Shown here in pieces: positions 46,371 to 55,242 of a stretch of 64,000 nucleotides of DNA. Location of the stretch: the NCBI GenBank assembly GCA_903958045.1, contig CAJBRT010000083.1, forward strand, positions 7,353 to 71,352. The letters run 5' to 3'. The DNA is from an uncultured Bacteroidota bacterium. Lineage in GTDB: Bacteria > Bacteroidota > Bacteroidia > Chitinophagales > Chitinophagaceae. Within the stretch, counting starts at the first letter, position 1. Every line of letters starts with the position of its first letter. A model generated the notes under the pieces. The model did no database searches, was not told where the DNA came from, and was given only the letters and a program-made list of their open reading frames with translations. The position numbers and the translations under genes are program-made.

Positions 46371-46476
46371 AATGATGTACAAATATAGCACCCGGGTATT
46401 ACAACAATTGGAGTGTTAAATAGTTTAACAAGTTTATAAGCATTATTTGACAACGATATGACAATCAATAATTTAT

Positions 46477-47232
46477 TTAAATGTTTAAACCGCCGCAGGC
46501 GCTAATTACCTGCCCGGTAACATATGAACTCATATCACTCGCTAAAAAAAGTGTGGTATTAGCAATTTCTTCTGCCTTACCAAACCTACCTAACGGTATT
46601 TTGCTTAAAAATGTAGTAGCGGCTTCTCCTTCTTTTAAGTAATGGGTCATGTCTGTTTCAACAAAACCAGGGGCAATGGCATTGCATCTAATATTTCTGC
46701 TTCCAAGTTCTAGCGCTACAGATTTTGTAAATCCAATAATACCCGCTTTACTTGCTGCATAACTACTTTGACCAGCATTGCCTCTAATGCCAATGATAGA
46801 ACTCATGTTGATAATGCTGCCAGACTTTGCTTTCATCATGGGTCTGATCACCTGCTTGGTCATATTAAAAACACTCTTTAAATTGGTGTCCATCACTTCA
46901 TCCCACTGTTCTGCGTTCATACGGAGCAGTAAATTATCTTTTGAAATACCCGCGTTGTTTACGCAAATATCAACGGTACCAAATGTTGCAACTACATCAT
47001 TTACAAAAGACTCACACTCTTCAAAAACGCCCGCATTGCTTTGGTAGGCTTTAGCTTTAACGCCTAAAGCTTCAATTTGGCTTACTAGCGCATTTGCTTT
47101 TTCGGCACTACCGCTGCTTACATAGGTAAATGCGATATGGCTTCCTTGTTCTGCTAATTTTAATGCGATGGCTGCACCGATTCCACGGGCTGCACCTGTT
47201 ACGATGGAGACTTTGCCTGCTAGTAATTTCAT
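46477..47232 (-). CDS. fabG: 3-oxoacyl-[acyl-carrier-protein] reductase
   Basis: 251 aa with TGAARGIGAA, NNAG and YAASK motifs. Typical FabG length and sequence. Confidence 0.85.
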   Translation of the reverse strand: MKLLAGKVSIVTGAARGIGAAIALKLAEQGSHIAFTYVSSGSAEKANALVSQIEALGVKAKAYQSNAGVFEECESFVNDVVATFGTVDICVNNAGISKDNLLLRMNAEQWDEVMDTNLKSVFNMTKQVIRPMMKAKSGSIINMSSIIGIRGNAGQSSYAASKAGIIGFTKSVALELGSRNIRCNAIAPGFVETDMTHYLKEGEAATTFLSKIPLGRFGKAEEIANTTLFLASDMSSYVTGQVISACGGLNI

Positions 47233-47267
47233 ATCCAGTATTTATAGATATATAGAACGAAATTTAG

Positions 47268-48785
47268 CTATGTATATTGTTGCAAAAGCAACAATAATTC
47301 ATCGACGTACCTGCGGTCATTGCTGAGTCTTGGCACTTTATGCTGCCCCCCCAGTTTTCCTTTGTTTTTAAGCCATGTATGAAACAATCCTTCCGGTAGC
47401 GCGGTGACTTTTGGAAGCCCAAGTGCGATGTCTTTGTAGCGTTTGGCTTCGTAGTCGCTATTTACAGATTTTAAATTTTGGTCAAGTGCCAATGTAAAGG
47501 CCGAGAGGCTTTCCGGCGTGTTTTCAAACTCAATAAGCCATTCGTGCGCTCCTTGGTTTTGATCTCCAAAATAAATGGGCGCCGCAGTATAATCTTTCAC
47601 CACGAGTCCGGTGCTGGCCGCTGCTGCTGCAATGGCTTTGTCGGTATTATCGACCATCACTTCTTCGCCAAATGCATTGATAAACTGTTTGAGCCTGCCG
47701 GTTACGACAATCCTATATGGAGTAAGACTTGTAAATTTAACCGTGTCGCCTACCAAATAGCGCCATAGTCCTCCATTGGTACTAATAACCAGCGCATAAT
47801 TTTTATCTAATTCTACTTTGTCTAGTCCAATGGTGCGTGGGTTTTCTTTACCATATTCTTCGGTGGGCATGAACTCATAAAAAACTCCATGGTCTAAAAA
47901 CAAAAGCATGCCTTCTGCACTTGGGTCATCTTGTGCTGCAAAAAAACCTTCGGAGGCATTGTACATTTCAAGATAGTGGCAACCGGGGCCAATTAATTTT
48001 TGAAACTGCTCTTTGTAAGGTGTAAAAGAAACACCTCCATGAATGTATAATTCTAAACTAGGCCACACTTCTTTTAAAGTTTGCTTGCCTGTAATTTCTA
48101 AAATTCTTTTGATGAGTAAAAGTGTCCAAGTTGGAACGCCAGAAATAGAAGTTACATTTTCTTCAATCGTGGATTGTGCTAGTTGTTCAATTTTTGTTTC
48201 CCATTCATCCATCAGTGCAATGGATAATTCTGGTGTGCGAATCCAGTTTGCCCACATGGGTGTATTTTGAAGTAGAACGGCGCTTAAATCGCCCACACTA
48301 ATGTCATCGTTAAATTTACTAATCTGATGACTTCCCCCAATCACGAGTCCTTTACCAGTTAGTAAATCACTATCATTGTTAAATTTATAATAGAGGGCTA
48401 GTACATCTTTTGCTGCTTGGTAATGACAATCTTCTAAACTTTCTTTGGTGATAGGAATGAATTTACTTTTGTCTGAAGTGGTGCCGCTACTTTTTGCAAA
48501 CCATTGTACAGGTGTGTTCCACAGCACTTGTTCTTCTCCCTCAAAAAGCCTATCAATAAAGGGTTTCAGGTCTTCGTATTCGCTAATAGGAACGGCTTCT
48601 TTAAACTTTCGGATATTAAATATTTCGTTGAAACCATATTTTCTACCAAAGGAAGTGTACTGTCCATGCGTTATTAAATCTTGCAATACTTCTCTTTGCG
48701 TTTCAATAGGATTGGCAACCCATCTTTCAATATGCGCAATTCTTAAAAGGGCAAGTCGTGATATGGCAGGACTTAAAAATTTCAT
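47268..48785 (-). CDS. GH3 (auxin-responsive promoter) family acyl-acid amido synthetase-like protein
   Basis: 505 aa. ANL-like adenylating-fold motifs (SSGTTSDKSKFIP, YNASEGFF, YRIVVTGR) typical of bacterial GH3-family proteins. Confidence 0.75.
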   Translation of the reverse strand: MKFLSPAISRLALLRIAHIERWVANPIETQREVLQDLITHGQYTSFGRKYGFNEIFNIRKFKEAVPISEYEDLKPFIDRLFEGEEQVLWNTPVQWFAKSSGTTSDKSKFIPITKESLEDCHYQAAKDVLALYYKFNNDSDLLTGKGLVIGGSHQISKFNDDISVGDLSAVLLQNTPMWANWIRTPELSIALMDEWETKIEQLAQSTIEENVTSISGVPTWTLLLIKRILEITGKQTLKEVWPSLELYIHGGVSFTPYKEQFQKLIGPGCHYLEMYNASEGFFAAQDDPSAEGMLLFLDHGVFYEFMPTEEYGKENPRTIGLDKVELDKNYALVISTNGGLWRYLVGDTVKFTSLTPYRIVVTGRLKQFINAFGEEVMVDNTDKAIAAAAASTGLVVKDYTAAPIYFGDQNQGAHEWLIEFENTPESLSAFTLALDQNLKSVNSDYEAKRYKDIALGLPKVTALPEGLFHTWLKNKGKLGGQHKVPRLSNDRRYVDELLLLLQQYT

Positions 48786-48790
48786 GCGAA

Positions 48791-49561
48791 TTAAAGCTTA
48801 GCTTCTTTTCCCATGTCAATAATCCAATCTTTTCTACGAAGCGTAAAATTGGTTCCTAAATACAAACGTCTAACGTCTTCATCGTCTGCTAATTCTTCGG
48901 CAGTTCCGTGCTTAAATATTTTTCCTTCAATTAAAAGGTAAGCTCTATCACAAATAGATAAGGTTTCATTTACATTATGGTCTGTAATTAAAATCCCAAT
49001 ATTTTTTGTTTTTAATTTTGCTACTACGGTTTGAATATCTTCTACTGCTATTGGGTCAACGCCAGCAAACGGTTCATCTAATAAAATAAATTTAGGATCT
49101 ACCGCTAGCGCTCTTGCGATTTCCGTTCTTCTTCTTTCGCCACCACTTAAACTATCGCCATTATTTTTTCGAACGAGTTGTAAATTAAATTCGTCGAGTA
49201 ATGATTCTAATTTTAATAAGCGCTCTTCTTTGGAAAGTGATGTCATTTCAAGTACCGCCAAAATATTATCTTCTACACTGAGGCTTCTAAAAACGCTGGC
49301 TTCTTGCGGCAAATAGCCAATACCCATTTGGGCTCTTTTGTACATGGGTAGCTTTGTGATATCTTCTTCATTTAAAAAAACGGTGCCTTCGTCCGGTTTA
49401 ATAAGACCCACCACCATGTAAAAAGTAGTTGTCTTACCAGCACCATTGGGCCCGAGTAAACCAACAATTTCACCTTGTTTAACCGTAACGCTTACATTGT
49501 TTACAACGGTTCTACCCTTGTAACTTTTTTGAAGCGCACTTGTATGTATAATTCCGTTCAA
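48791..49561 (-). CDS. lptB: LPS export ABC transporter ATP-binding protein
   Basis: 256 aa with canonical Walker [10 protein letters not shown], signature LSGGERRR, Walker B ILLDEP and H-loop TDHN. Confidence 0.9.
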   Translation of the reverse strand: MNGIIHTSALQKSYKGRTVVNNVSVTVKQGEIVGLLGPNGAGKTTTFYMVVGLIKPDEGTVFLNEEDITKLPMYKRAQMGIGYLPQEASVFRSLSVEDNILAVLEMTSLSKEERLLKLESLLDEFNLQLVRKNNGDSLSGGERRRTEIARALAVDPKFILLDEPFAGVDPIAVEDIQTVVAKLKTKNIGILITDHNVNETLSICDRAYLLIEGKIFKHGTAEELADDEDVRRLYLGTNFTLRRKDWIIDMGKEAKL

Positions 49562-49697
49562 AATAGTTGCTTTCTACAAAAATAGGGCTTCTAACCCTCT
49601 TCTGTATCAGGTTTTGAGGCCCATAGTCCTTTTTATAAAGCCATTTTGGCTGTATATTGCAACAATTTTAATATTTGCCCCCCACAAAGCAGCAATC

Positions 49698-50651
49698 ATG
49701 AAAGTAACGGATCATTTACAGCAGGCAAAAGACACCCTTATTTCTTTTGAAGTGTTACCTCCGCTAAAAGGTAAGACCATCAATACTTTATATGAGCATT
49801 TAGACCCTTTAACGGAGTTTAAACCGTCTTGGATTAATGTAACCTACCACCGTAGTGAAACCATGTTCAAGAAAAAAGTAGATGGTACTTTTGAAAAAGT
49901 AGAAGTGCGTAAGCGTCCGGGCACGGTGGGTATTTGTGCCGCTATTATGAACCATTACCAAGTGGACGCAGTTCCGCACATTATTTGTGGTGGTTTTACA
50001 AAAAGAGAAACCGAGGATGCTTTAATTGATTTAGACTTTTTAGGCATTGACAATGCACTTGTGTTAAGAGGAGATGCTGCAAAAAATGAATCATCGTTTG
50101 AACCTGAAAAAGATGGTAATCATTTTGCCATCGATTTAATTAAGCAGGTAAATAACATGAACAATGGTGTTTATTTAGATGAAGATATTAAAAACGGTGG
50201 CCAAACAAAATTTTGTGTGGGTGTTGCCGGATACCCCGAAAAACATTTCGAAGCACCCAATTTAGAAATTGATTTAAAGCATTTAAAAAACAAAGTAGAT
50301 GAAGGCGCAAGCTACATCATGACACAAATGTTTTTTGACAATCAAAAATTTTATGATTTCGTGAAAGCGTGTAGGGATATGGGTATCAGCGTTCCTATCA
50401 TACCCGGACTTAAACCTATTACCAATAAAAAACAACTCTCTGTTTTACCAAGAATATTCCATGTAGACATTCCAACAGAATTATCTAATGCGATTAATAA
50501 ATGTAAAACGGATGCCGACTGCGAACAAGTTGGAACCGAATGGTTGATACAACAAAGTAGGGAGCTTAAAGCATTTGGCGTTCCTGTACTTCACTATTAT
50601 ACACTCGGAAAACCAAAAGTGATCTTTAACGCCGTTAAAGAATTGGTGTAA
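49698..50651 (+). CDS. metF: Methylenetetrahydrofolate reductase
   Basis: About 317 aa from MKVTDHL (the ORF track starts upstream at 49614). MetF-type sequence (SFEVLPP, VTYH, GYPEKH, TQMFFD). Confidence 0.85.
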   Translation: MKVTDHLQQAKDTLISFEVLPPLKGKTINTLYEHLDPLTEFKPSWINVTYHRSETMFKKKVDGTFEKVEVRKRPGTVGICAAIMNHYQVDAVPHIICGGFTKRETEDALIDLDFLGIDNALVLRGDAAKNESSFEPEKDGNHFAIDLIKQVNNMNNGVYLDEDIKNGGQTKFCVGVAGYPEKHFEAPNLEIDLKHLKNKVDEGASYIMTQMFFDNQKFYDFVKACRDMGISVPIIPGLKPITNKKQLSVLPRIFHVDIPTELSNAINKCKTDADCEQVGTEWLIQQSRELKAFGVPVLHYYTLGKPKVIFNAVKELV

Positions 50652-52112
50652 TTATTTAGTAGGTGGTTTTTTACTTTTTACCTGAATAATATCGTCAAAC
50701 TGTTCGATCGTTAATTGTTTTGCAATGATGCGTTTGTCTTTGTCTAACAAATAAACAGTAGGTGTTTTATAGATATCGTAAAGTTGTCTGTAATTGGCCC
50801 TGCCTGCTCTTTCATCGGCCTCTTTTGCAGCTTTTGTTTGGTAGGCGTGAATCCAATTTTTCAAGTTTTTTTCTGTTACAAATTTTTTCCAGGCGGCTTG
50901 TTCGGCGTCGTAAATATTTACGCCTAGCATGGTCATGCCAACGCTTTTCCATTTGGCTCTATAAAAAGAATCTAGTCTTGGAAGTTCTTCTTTACAATGC
51001 CCGCAATTTGGATCGTAAAATACCACCATGGTATAGGTAGAAGGTATCTTATAGAGCGAAACGGGTTTGCCCAAGGAGTCCACTAAATCTAGTGTTGGTG
51101 CGGGTAATCCGAGTTGATTGGCCATTAAACTGTACGCTCTGTCAGTAACTGTTTTTCTAGACGCAGGGTTTAAAATAACCGTATCTCCTTTGGCATAAAA
51201 GTTTTCAAATAAATACACAAACACTTTGTCTTGACCCATAAATTCGGGCGCCATATATTTATTGGTAAACTTAGTTAGTAAGTATGGATAAATTTCTTTT
51301 CCTGTTTTTGCCATTAGTAACATGTACTTAATTTCTTCAATTAAAGAGTCTGGTTCGGCAGAAACATAGTACTTAAAATACTCGTCTAATTTGGCTTCAA
51401 AAAAAGGCGTTCTTAAAAGTCTGTCGTCATTAAAAAGTACGTCATCCCAAAAATGATTTTTGACAAAACGGTACGGTGCCAACGAATCTGGTTTTCCGTT
51501 AACCATAGGCACAGCAGGGGCTACAGGGCGTTTCATGGCACTAAATAGCATCGCTAATAATGATCCAGGATATTTTTTTACGATATCGTTTCGGTAGCCT
51601 TCCACAAGCTTATCTACCTTTCCATACTCGTCCGCTAAGCGTGTAGAATCGGCTTTGGTTTTAGCCGCATTAAATTCGTTTCTGATGTTTTGAAGTTGTT
51701 GTCCTTTTTCAGAAGAAAAACCAATATAGGCTTTAAACAAATCGTTGTCGCGTGAACCGGTGATGGTTGCTTTTTCTTTGATGGTGGTATCGCCTTCAAT
51801 ATTAAAATGTTGGATATCGTCCATTAAAAATTCAAACTGCTTGGTAATTTGCGGCGTTACTACAAAGTACACGCCACTCGTTAATTTAGTATCGCCTTTA
51901 AAAACGCCTTGACCACTCGCATCTAGCATGGTAGAGTCAACAAGCACTAAACTTTTACCATAATAACTCCCAATATACACTTTGCAATTTGTAAGGGGCT
52001 TTAATTTGATACTAATACGCCTACCAGCAGGTTTTGTTTGTGCACTAATAGCGCTATTCAAACATAACAGTGTTAAAAAAGCGATACAATATTTTGCTAA
52101 AAAGTTCTTCAT
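50652..52112 (-). CDS. Secreted thiol:disulfide oxidoreductase-like protein (DUF5106-like N-domain plus TlpA/thioredoxin-like C-domain)
   Basis: 486 aa with a signal peptide. The C-terminal thioredoxin fold carries a CGHC active site (FYDPNCGHCKEE). Confidence 0.7.
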   Translation of the reverse strand: MKNFLAKYCIAFLTLLCLNSAISAQTKPAGRRISIKLKPLTNCKVYIGSYYGKSLVLVDSTMLDASGQGVFKGDTKLTSGVYFVVTPQITKQFEFLMDDIQHFNIEGDTTIKEKATITGSRDNDLFKAYIGFSSEKGQQLQNIRNEFNAAKTKADSTRLADEYGKVDKLVEGYRNDIVKKYPGSLLAMLFSAMKRPVAPAVPMVNGKPDSLAPYRFVKNHFWDDVLFNDDRLLRTPFFEAKLDEYFKYYVSAEPDSLIEEIKYMLLMAKTGKEIYPYLLTKFTNKYMAPEFMGQDKVFVYLFENFYAKGDTVILNPASRKTVTDRAYSLMANQLGLPAPTLDLVDSLGKPVSLYKIPSTYTMVVFYDPNCGHCKEELPRLDSFYRAKWKSVGMTMLGVNIYDAEQAAWKKFVTEKNLKNWIHAYQTKAAKEADERAGRANYRQLYDIYKTPTVYLLDKDKRIIAKQLTIEQFDDIIQVKSKKPPTK

Positions 52113-52169
52113 ACAATTAAATTCTAAGCAAATTTAGGTAATTAGACCATGCCGCCTCTCAAAGCATCT

Positions 52170-52177
52170 TATATTTG
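52170..52177 (+). promoter_or_regulatory. -7 promoter box TATATTTG just upstream of rlmD
   Basis: Exact TAnnTTTG match, 6 nt before the probable GTG start at 52184. Confidence 0.35.
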
Positions 52178-52183
52178 CATGCA

Positions 52184-53608
52184 GTGAGAAAACAAAAAAG
52201 ACAGCCCATTTTAGAACAGGTATTGGTGCAAGACTATGCAGCCGAGGGCAAGGCATTAGCACGTGTAGATGGCAAAGTGGTATTTATCGAAGGCGCCGTA
52301 CCTGGCGACGTTGTAGATGTGCAACTCAAAAAAAATAAAGCCGATTGGGCAGAAGGCTTTGTCGTGTCCTTTCGATCTTATTCTGAAGACCGGGTGCAAC
52401 CCTTTTGTTCGCATTTTGGTATTTGTGGCGGATGTCAGTGGCAAATGCTTCCTTATGCAAAACAGCTGGTGTATAAACAACAACAAGTAACCGATAATTT
52501 AACCAGAATTGGACGCGTTCACTTGCCGGCAATTAACCCCATTATTGGCGCTAGTCAAACGGAGTTGTACCGCAATAAAATGGAATACACGTTTGCTACT
52601 AAAAAATATATCCCTTCGGAACAATTTAGGGAAATGAAAGCAGCTGGTGCTGATTTTTCCAATCAACCAGGTGCTGCTGGTTTTCATGTGCGTGGTTTTT
52701 TTGATAAGGTGGTAGAGATAGACACTTGTCATTTGCAAGAAGAGCCTACCAACCTCATTCGTAAAATGGTTGCACAGTATGCGCTCGATCATGACCTTCC
52801 ATACTACGATGTAAAACAGCATACAGGCTGGTTGCGTAATATGTTTGTGCGTAACACCACCACTGGTGAACTCATGATCAATGTTGTGTTTGGTTACGAA
52901 GACGAGCCACACCGCCTTGCATTACTAGATCAACTCTTAGAAGCGTTTCCATCGATTACCACCTTACTGTATACCATCAATCCAAAACGAAATGATAGTT
53001 TGTATGACCTGGATCCCAAAATATATTTTGGAAACGGAAGTATCACCGAAAAACTAGAAAAATTTTCGTTTAAAATTAGTCCTAAATCATTTTTTCAAAC
53101 CAATACCAAGCAGGCCGAAAAACTCTATCAAGTAACGCGCGAATTTGCTGAACTAGATGGTTCGCAAGTGGTGTATGATTTGTATTGTGGAACCGGAAGC
53201 ATTGGAATTTTTTTAAGCGAAGGCGCTAAAAAAGTTGTGGGCGTAGAAGTGGTAGCTGACGCTATCGAAGATGCAAAAATAAATGCAGCACTCAACAATT
53301 TAAACCACACTGCATTTTTTGCTGGTGACGTTATTGATATTGTAGATGACGCTTTTTTTGCCACGCATGGCAAGCCGGACGTGGTTATCACAGATCCACC
53401 CAGAGCGGGCATGCACGATAAACTCGTAAAAAAATTATTAGAAATAGCAGCACCAACTATTGTGTACGTGAGTTGTAACCCTGCTACACAGGCCAGAGAT
53501 TTAGCCCTCCTTGATGAAAAATATGAGGTCACTAAAATTCAGCCGGTAGACATGTTCCCACACACACTCCATATCGAAAATGTGGTACAGTTAAAATTAA
53601 AAAAATAG
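52184..53608 (+). CDS. rlmD: 23S rRNA (uracil-C5)-methyltransferase RlmD/RumA family
   Basis: TRAM domain (DYAAEGKALARVDGKVVFIEGAVPGDVV), 4Fe-4S Cys cluster (CSHFGICGGCQWQ), and a SAM methyltransferase domain (DLYCGTGSIG, DPPRAG). The start is GTG 52184 or TTG 52175. Confidence 0.85.
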   Translation: MRKQKRQPILEQVLVQDYAAEGKALARVDGKVVFIEGAVPGDVVDVQLKKNKADWAEGFVVSFRSYSEDRVQPFCSHFGICGGCQWQMLPYAKQLVYKQQQVTDNLTRIGRVHLPAINPIIGASQTELYRNKMEYTFATKKYIPSEQFREMKAAGADFSNQPGAAGFHVRGFFDKVVEIDTCHLQEEPTNLIRKMVAQYALDHDLPYYDVKQHTGWLRNMFVRNTTTGELMINVVFGYEDEPHRLALLDQLLEAFPSITTLLYTINPKRNDSLYDLDPKIYFGNGSITEKLEKFSFKISPKSFFQTNTKQAEKLYQVTREFAELDGSQVVYDLYCGTGSIGIFLSEGAKKVVGVEVVADAIEDAKINAALNNLNHTAFFAGDVIDIVDDAFFATHGKPDVVITDPPRAGMHDKLVKKLLEIAAPTIVYVSCNPATQARDLALLDEKYEVTKIQPVDMFPHTLHIENVVQLKLKK

Positions 53609-53609
53609 T

Positions 53610-54326
53610 ATGACAGAATTTAGACCCAGTCGATTTGAAATTTTGCCTGTAATCATTAAGAATCTTTTGATTATTAATGGGTTATTTTTTTTGGCACAAA
53701 TTACATTTCCAGAATCCCCAACTGCAAATTTTAGTCTAGAAGATATGTTTGCACTGCATGCATGGCAAAGTGAATTATTTAAACCTTGGCAACTTGTTAC
53801 CCACTTATTTATGCACGGCGACTTTTACCATATTTTGGGTAATATGTTTGCGCTATGGATGTTTGGATCGGTGCTAGAAAATTTATGGGGCTCTGCTCGT
53901 TTTCTTACTTTTTATTTGGTTTGCGGACTCGGCGCAGCGCTCATTCACTTGTTGTTTTTGAGTTACGAGTTAACACCGCTCATTCAGGAATTCCAAACAA
54001 GGGAAAAACTAGGATTTCTCAACGAAGCAGTGGCTTTCAAATACAATCAAATTATTAATACAGCCACGCTTGGCGCTAGTGGTGCTGTATTTGGAATATT
54101 GGCTGCGTTTGTTTATTTATTCCCTAACACCTATATCTACTTGTACTTTTTTGTACCCGTTAAAGCAAAGTGGGTAGGCCTTATTTATTTTGGGTTTGAA
54201 ATTTTCAGTGCCGTTCAAAATGCCGCTGGAGACAATGTAGCAAGGTGGGCCCACGTGGGTGGTGCAATAGTTGGACTTATCATTGTGATTACTTGGAACA
54301 AAACAAACAAAAAAACGTTTTACTAG
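53610..54326 (+). CDS. Rhomboid-family intramembrane serine protease
   Basis: 238 aa with HILGN (TM2 H/N), GASGAVFG (catalytic Ser) and AHVGGAIVG (catalytic His). Confidence 0.85.
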   Translation: MTEFRPSRFEILPVIIKNLLIINGLFFLAQITFPESPTANFSLEDMFALHAWQSELFKPWQLVTHLFMHGDFYHILGNMFALWMFGSVLENLWGSARFLTFYLVCGLGAALIHLLFLSYELTPLIQEFQTREKLGFLNEAVAFKYNQIINTATLGASGAVFGILAAFVYLFPNTYIYLYFFVPVKAKWVGLIYFGFEIFSAVQNAAGDNVARWAHVGGAIVGLIIVITWNKTNKKTFY

Positions 54327-54340
54327 TATAAAGCCCATTC

Positions 54341-55207
54341 ATGCCACAACAACGTTTTATGTCAAATAGAAAAATGCTACTCGGAGAAGACAGAAATGCG
54401 CTTGTTTTTTTATTTGCAGTAAACATGACCATTTTTGTGCTCATTAGTTTTCTAAAAACAGTGTATTACTTAACCGATACACCGCTGGAGCTTTTTGAGC
54501 GTCAAATTGTGGACTTTTTTAGAATGCCAAGCAGTTTTGGAGCTTTACTACATAAGCCATGGACTTTTTTGATTCATTTTTTTAGCCAATATCAATTTTG
54601 GCAGCTGGTGAGTAGCATGTTATGGCTTTGGAGTTTTGGCTATATTTTTCAAGATTTATCTGGCAACAAACACATCATTCCTGTATACATATATGCGGGC
54701 GCTACCGGTGCAATTGGTTTTTTAACTGCTAATGCCCTGCTGCCTGGTTTGGTAAATGGCGCGCAACCTATTATGGGTGCAGGTGCGAGTATAGTGGGCA
54801 TTGCGGTGGCTACTACGGTATTAGCACCCAAATACAAGCTATTTCCCTTGGTATATGGCGGCATTCCGCTTTGGGTATTGACCCTTATATTTTTAGTATT
54901 GGATTTTTCAACTTCGATGGTTGTTCCTTCCATCCTTATATCACATATAACTGCTGCAATTGTAGGATTTGGTTATATGAGGCTGTTGCAAAATGGAACC
55001 AACACAGGCGATTGGATGATACGTTTTTACCACTGGGGTAACAATTTGTTGGCCCCTAAAAATACGCGTATTGTAAAAGCTGATACAAGAGGTTTTGATT
55101 CTACAGAAAATAAGTTAAATGCAATTTTAGATAAAATGAATATCGTAGGGTATGACAATTTAACTGAAAGCGAAAAAGCATTTTTGAAGTCTGCGAGTCA
55201 GGAATAA
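54341..55207 (+). CDS. Rhomboid-like membrane protein with divergent active-site motifs
   Basis: 288 aa with a rhomboid-like TM core. The HxxxN position reads QLVSS, the GxSG position reads GASI, and His is retained in SHITAAIVG. Confidence 0.65.
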   Translation: MPQQRFMSNRKMLLGEDRNALVFLFAVNMTIFVLISFLKTVYYLTDTPLELFERQIVDFFRMPSSFGALLHKPWTFLIHFFSQYQFWQLVSSMLWLWSFGYIFQDLSGNKHIIPVYIYAGATGAIGFLTANALLPGLVNGAQPIMGAGASIVGIAVATTVLAPKYKLFPLVYGGIPLWVLTLIFLVLDFSTSMVVPSILISHITAAIVGFGYMRLLQNGTNTGDWMIRFYHWGNNLLAPKNTRIVKADTRGFDSTENKLNAILDKMNIVGYDNLTESEKAFLKSASQE

Positions 55208-55242
55208 TTTTTTTTCCCATCATTAATTCTTATTTTTAATGT

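Noticed and set aside
39471-46391. Apparent low-GC island covering the SulP-CA-ABC-HlyD-TolC operon, which might indicate horizontal transfer.
   Set aside because: Hand counts of single 60-nt lines gave 20/60, 20/60 and 18/60 G+C at 39541, 42601 and 44701. Lines at 9421, 20221 and 46801 gave 30/60, 27/60 and 27/60. However, equally low values occur at 22201 (18/60), 23101 (20/60), 30001 (19/60) and 55741 (16/60). Composition is therefore heterogeneous throughout. A sliding-window GC and codon-usage computation is needed before calling an island.
49562-49697. Possible SAM or other riboswitch in the 136-nt lptB/metF divergent region.
   Set aside because: Only a 4-bp hairpin (AGGG..CCCT) is present. 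I could see none of the conserved SAM-I, SAM-II or cobalamin riboswitch cores.
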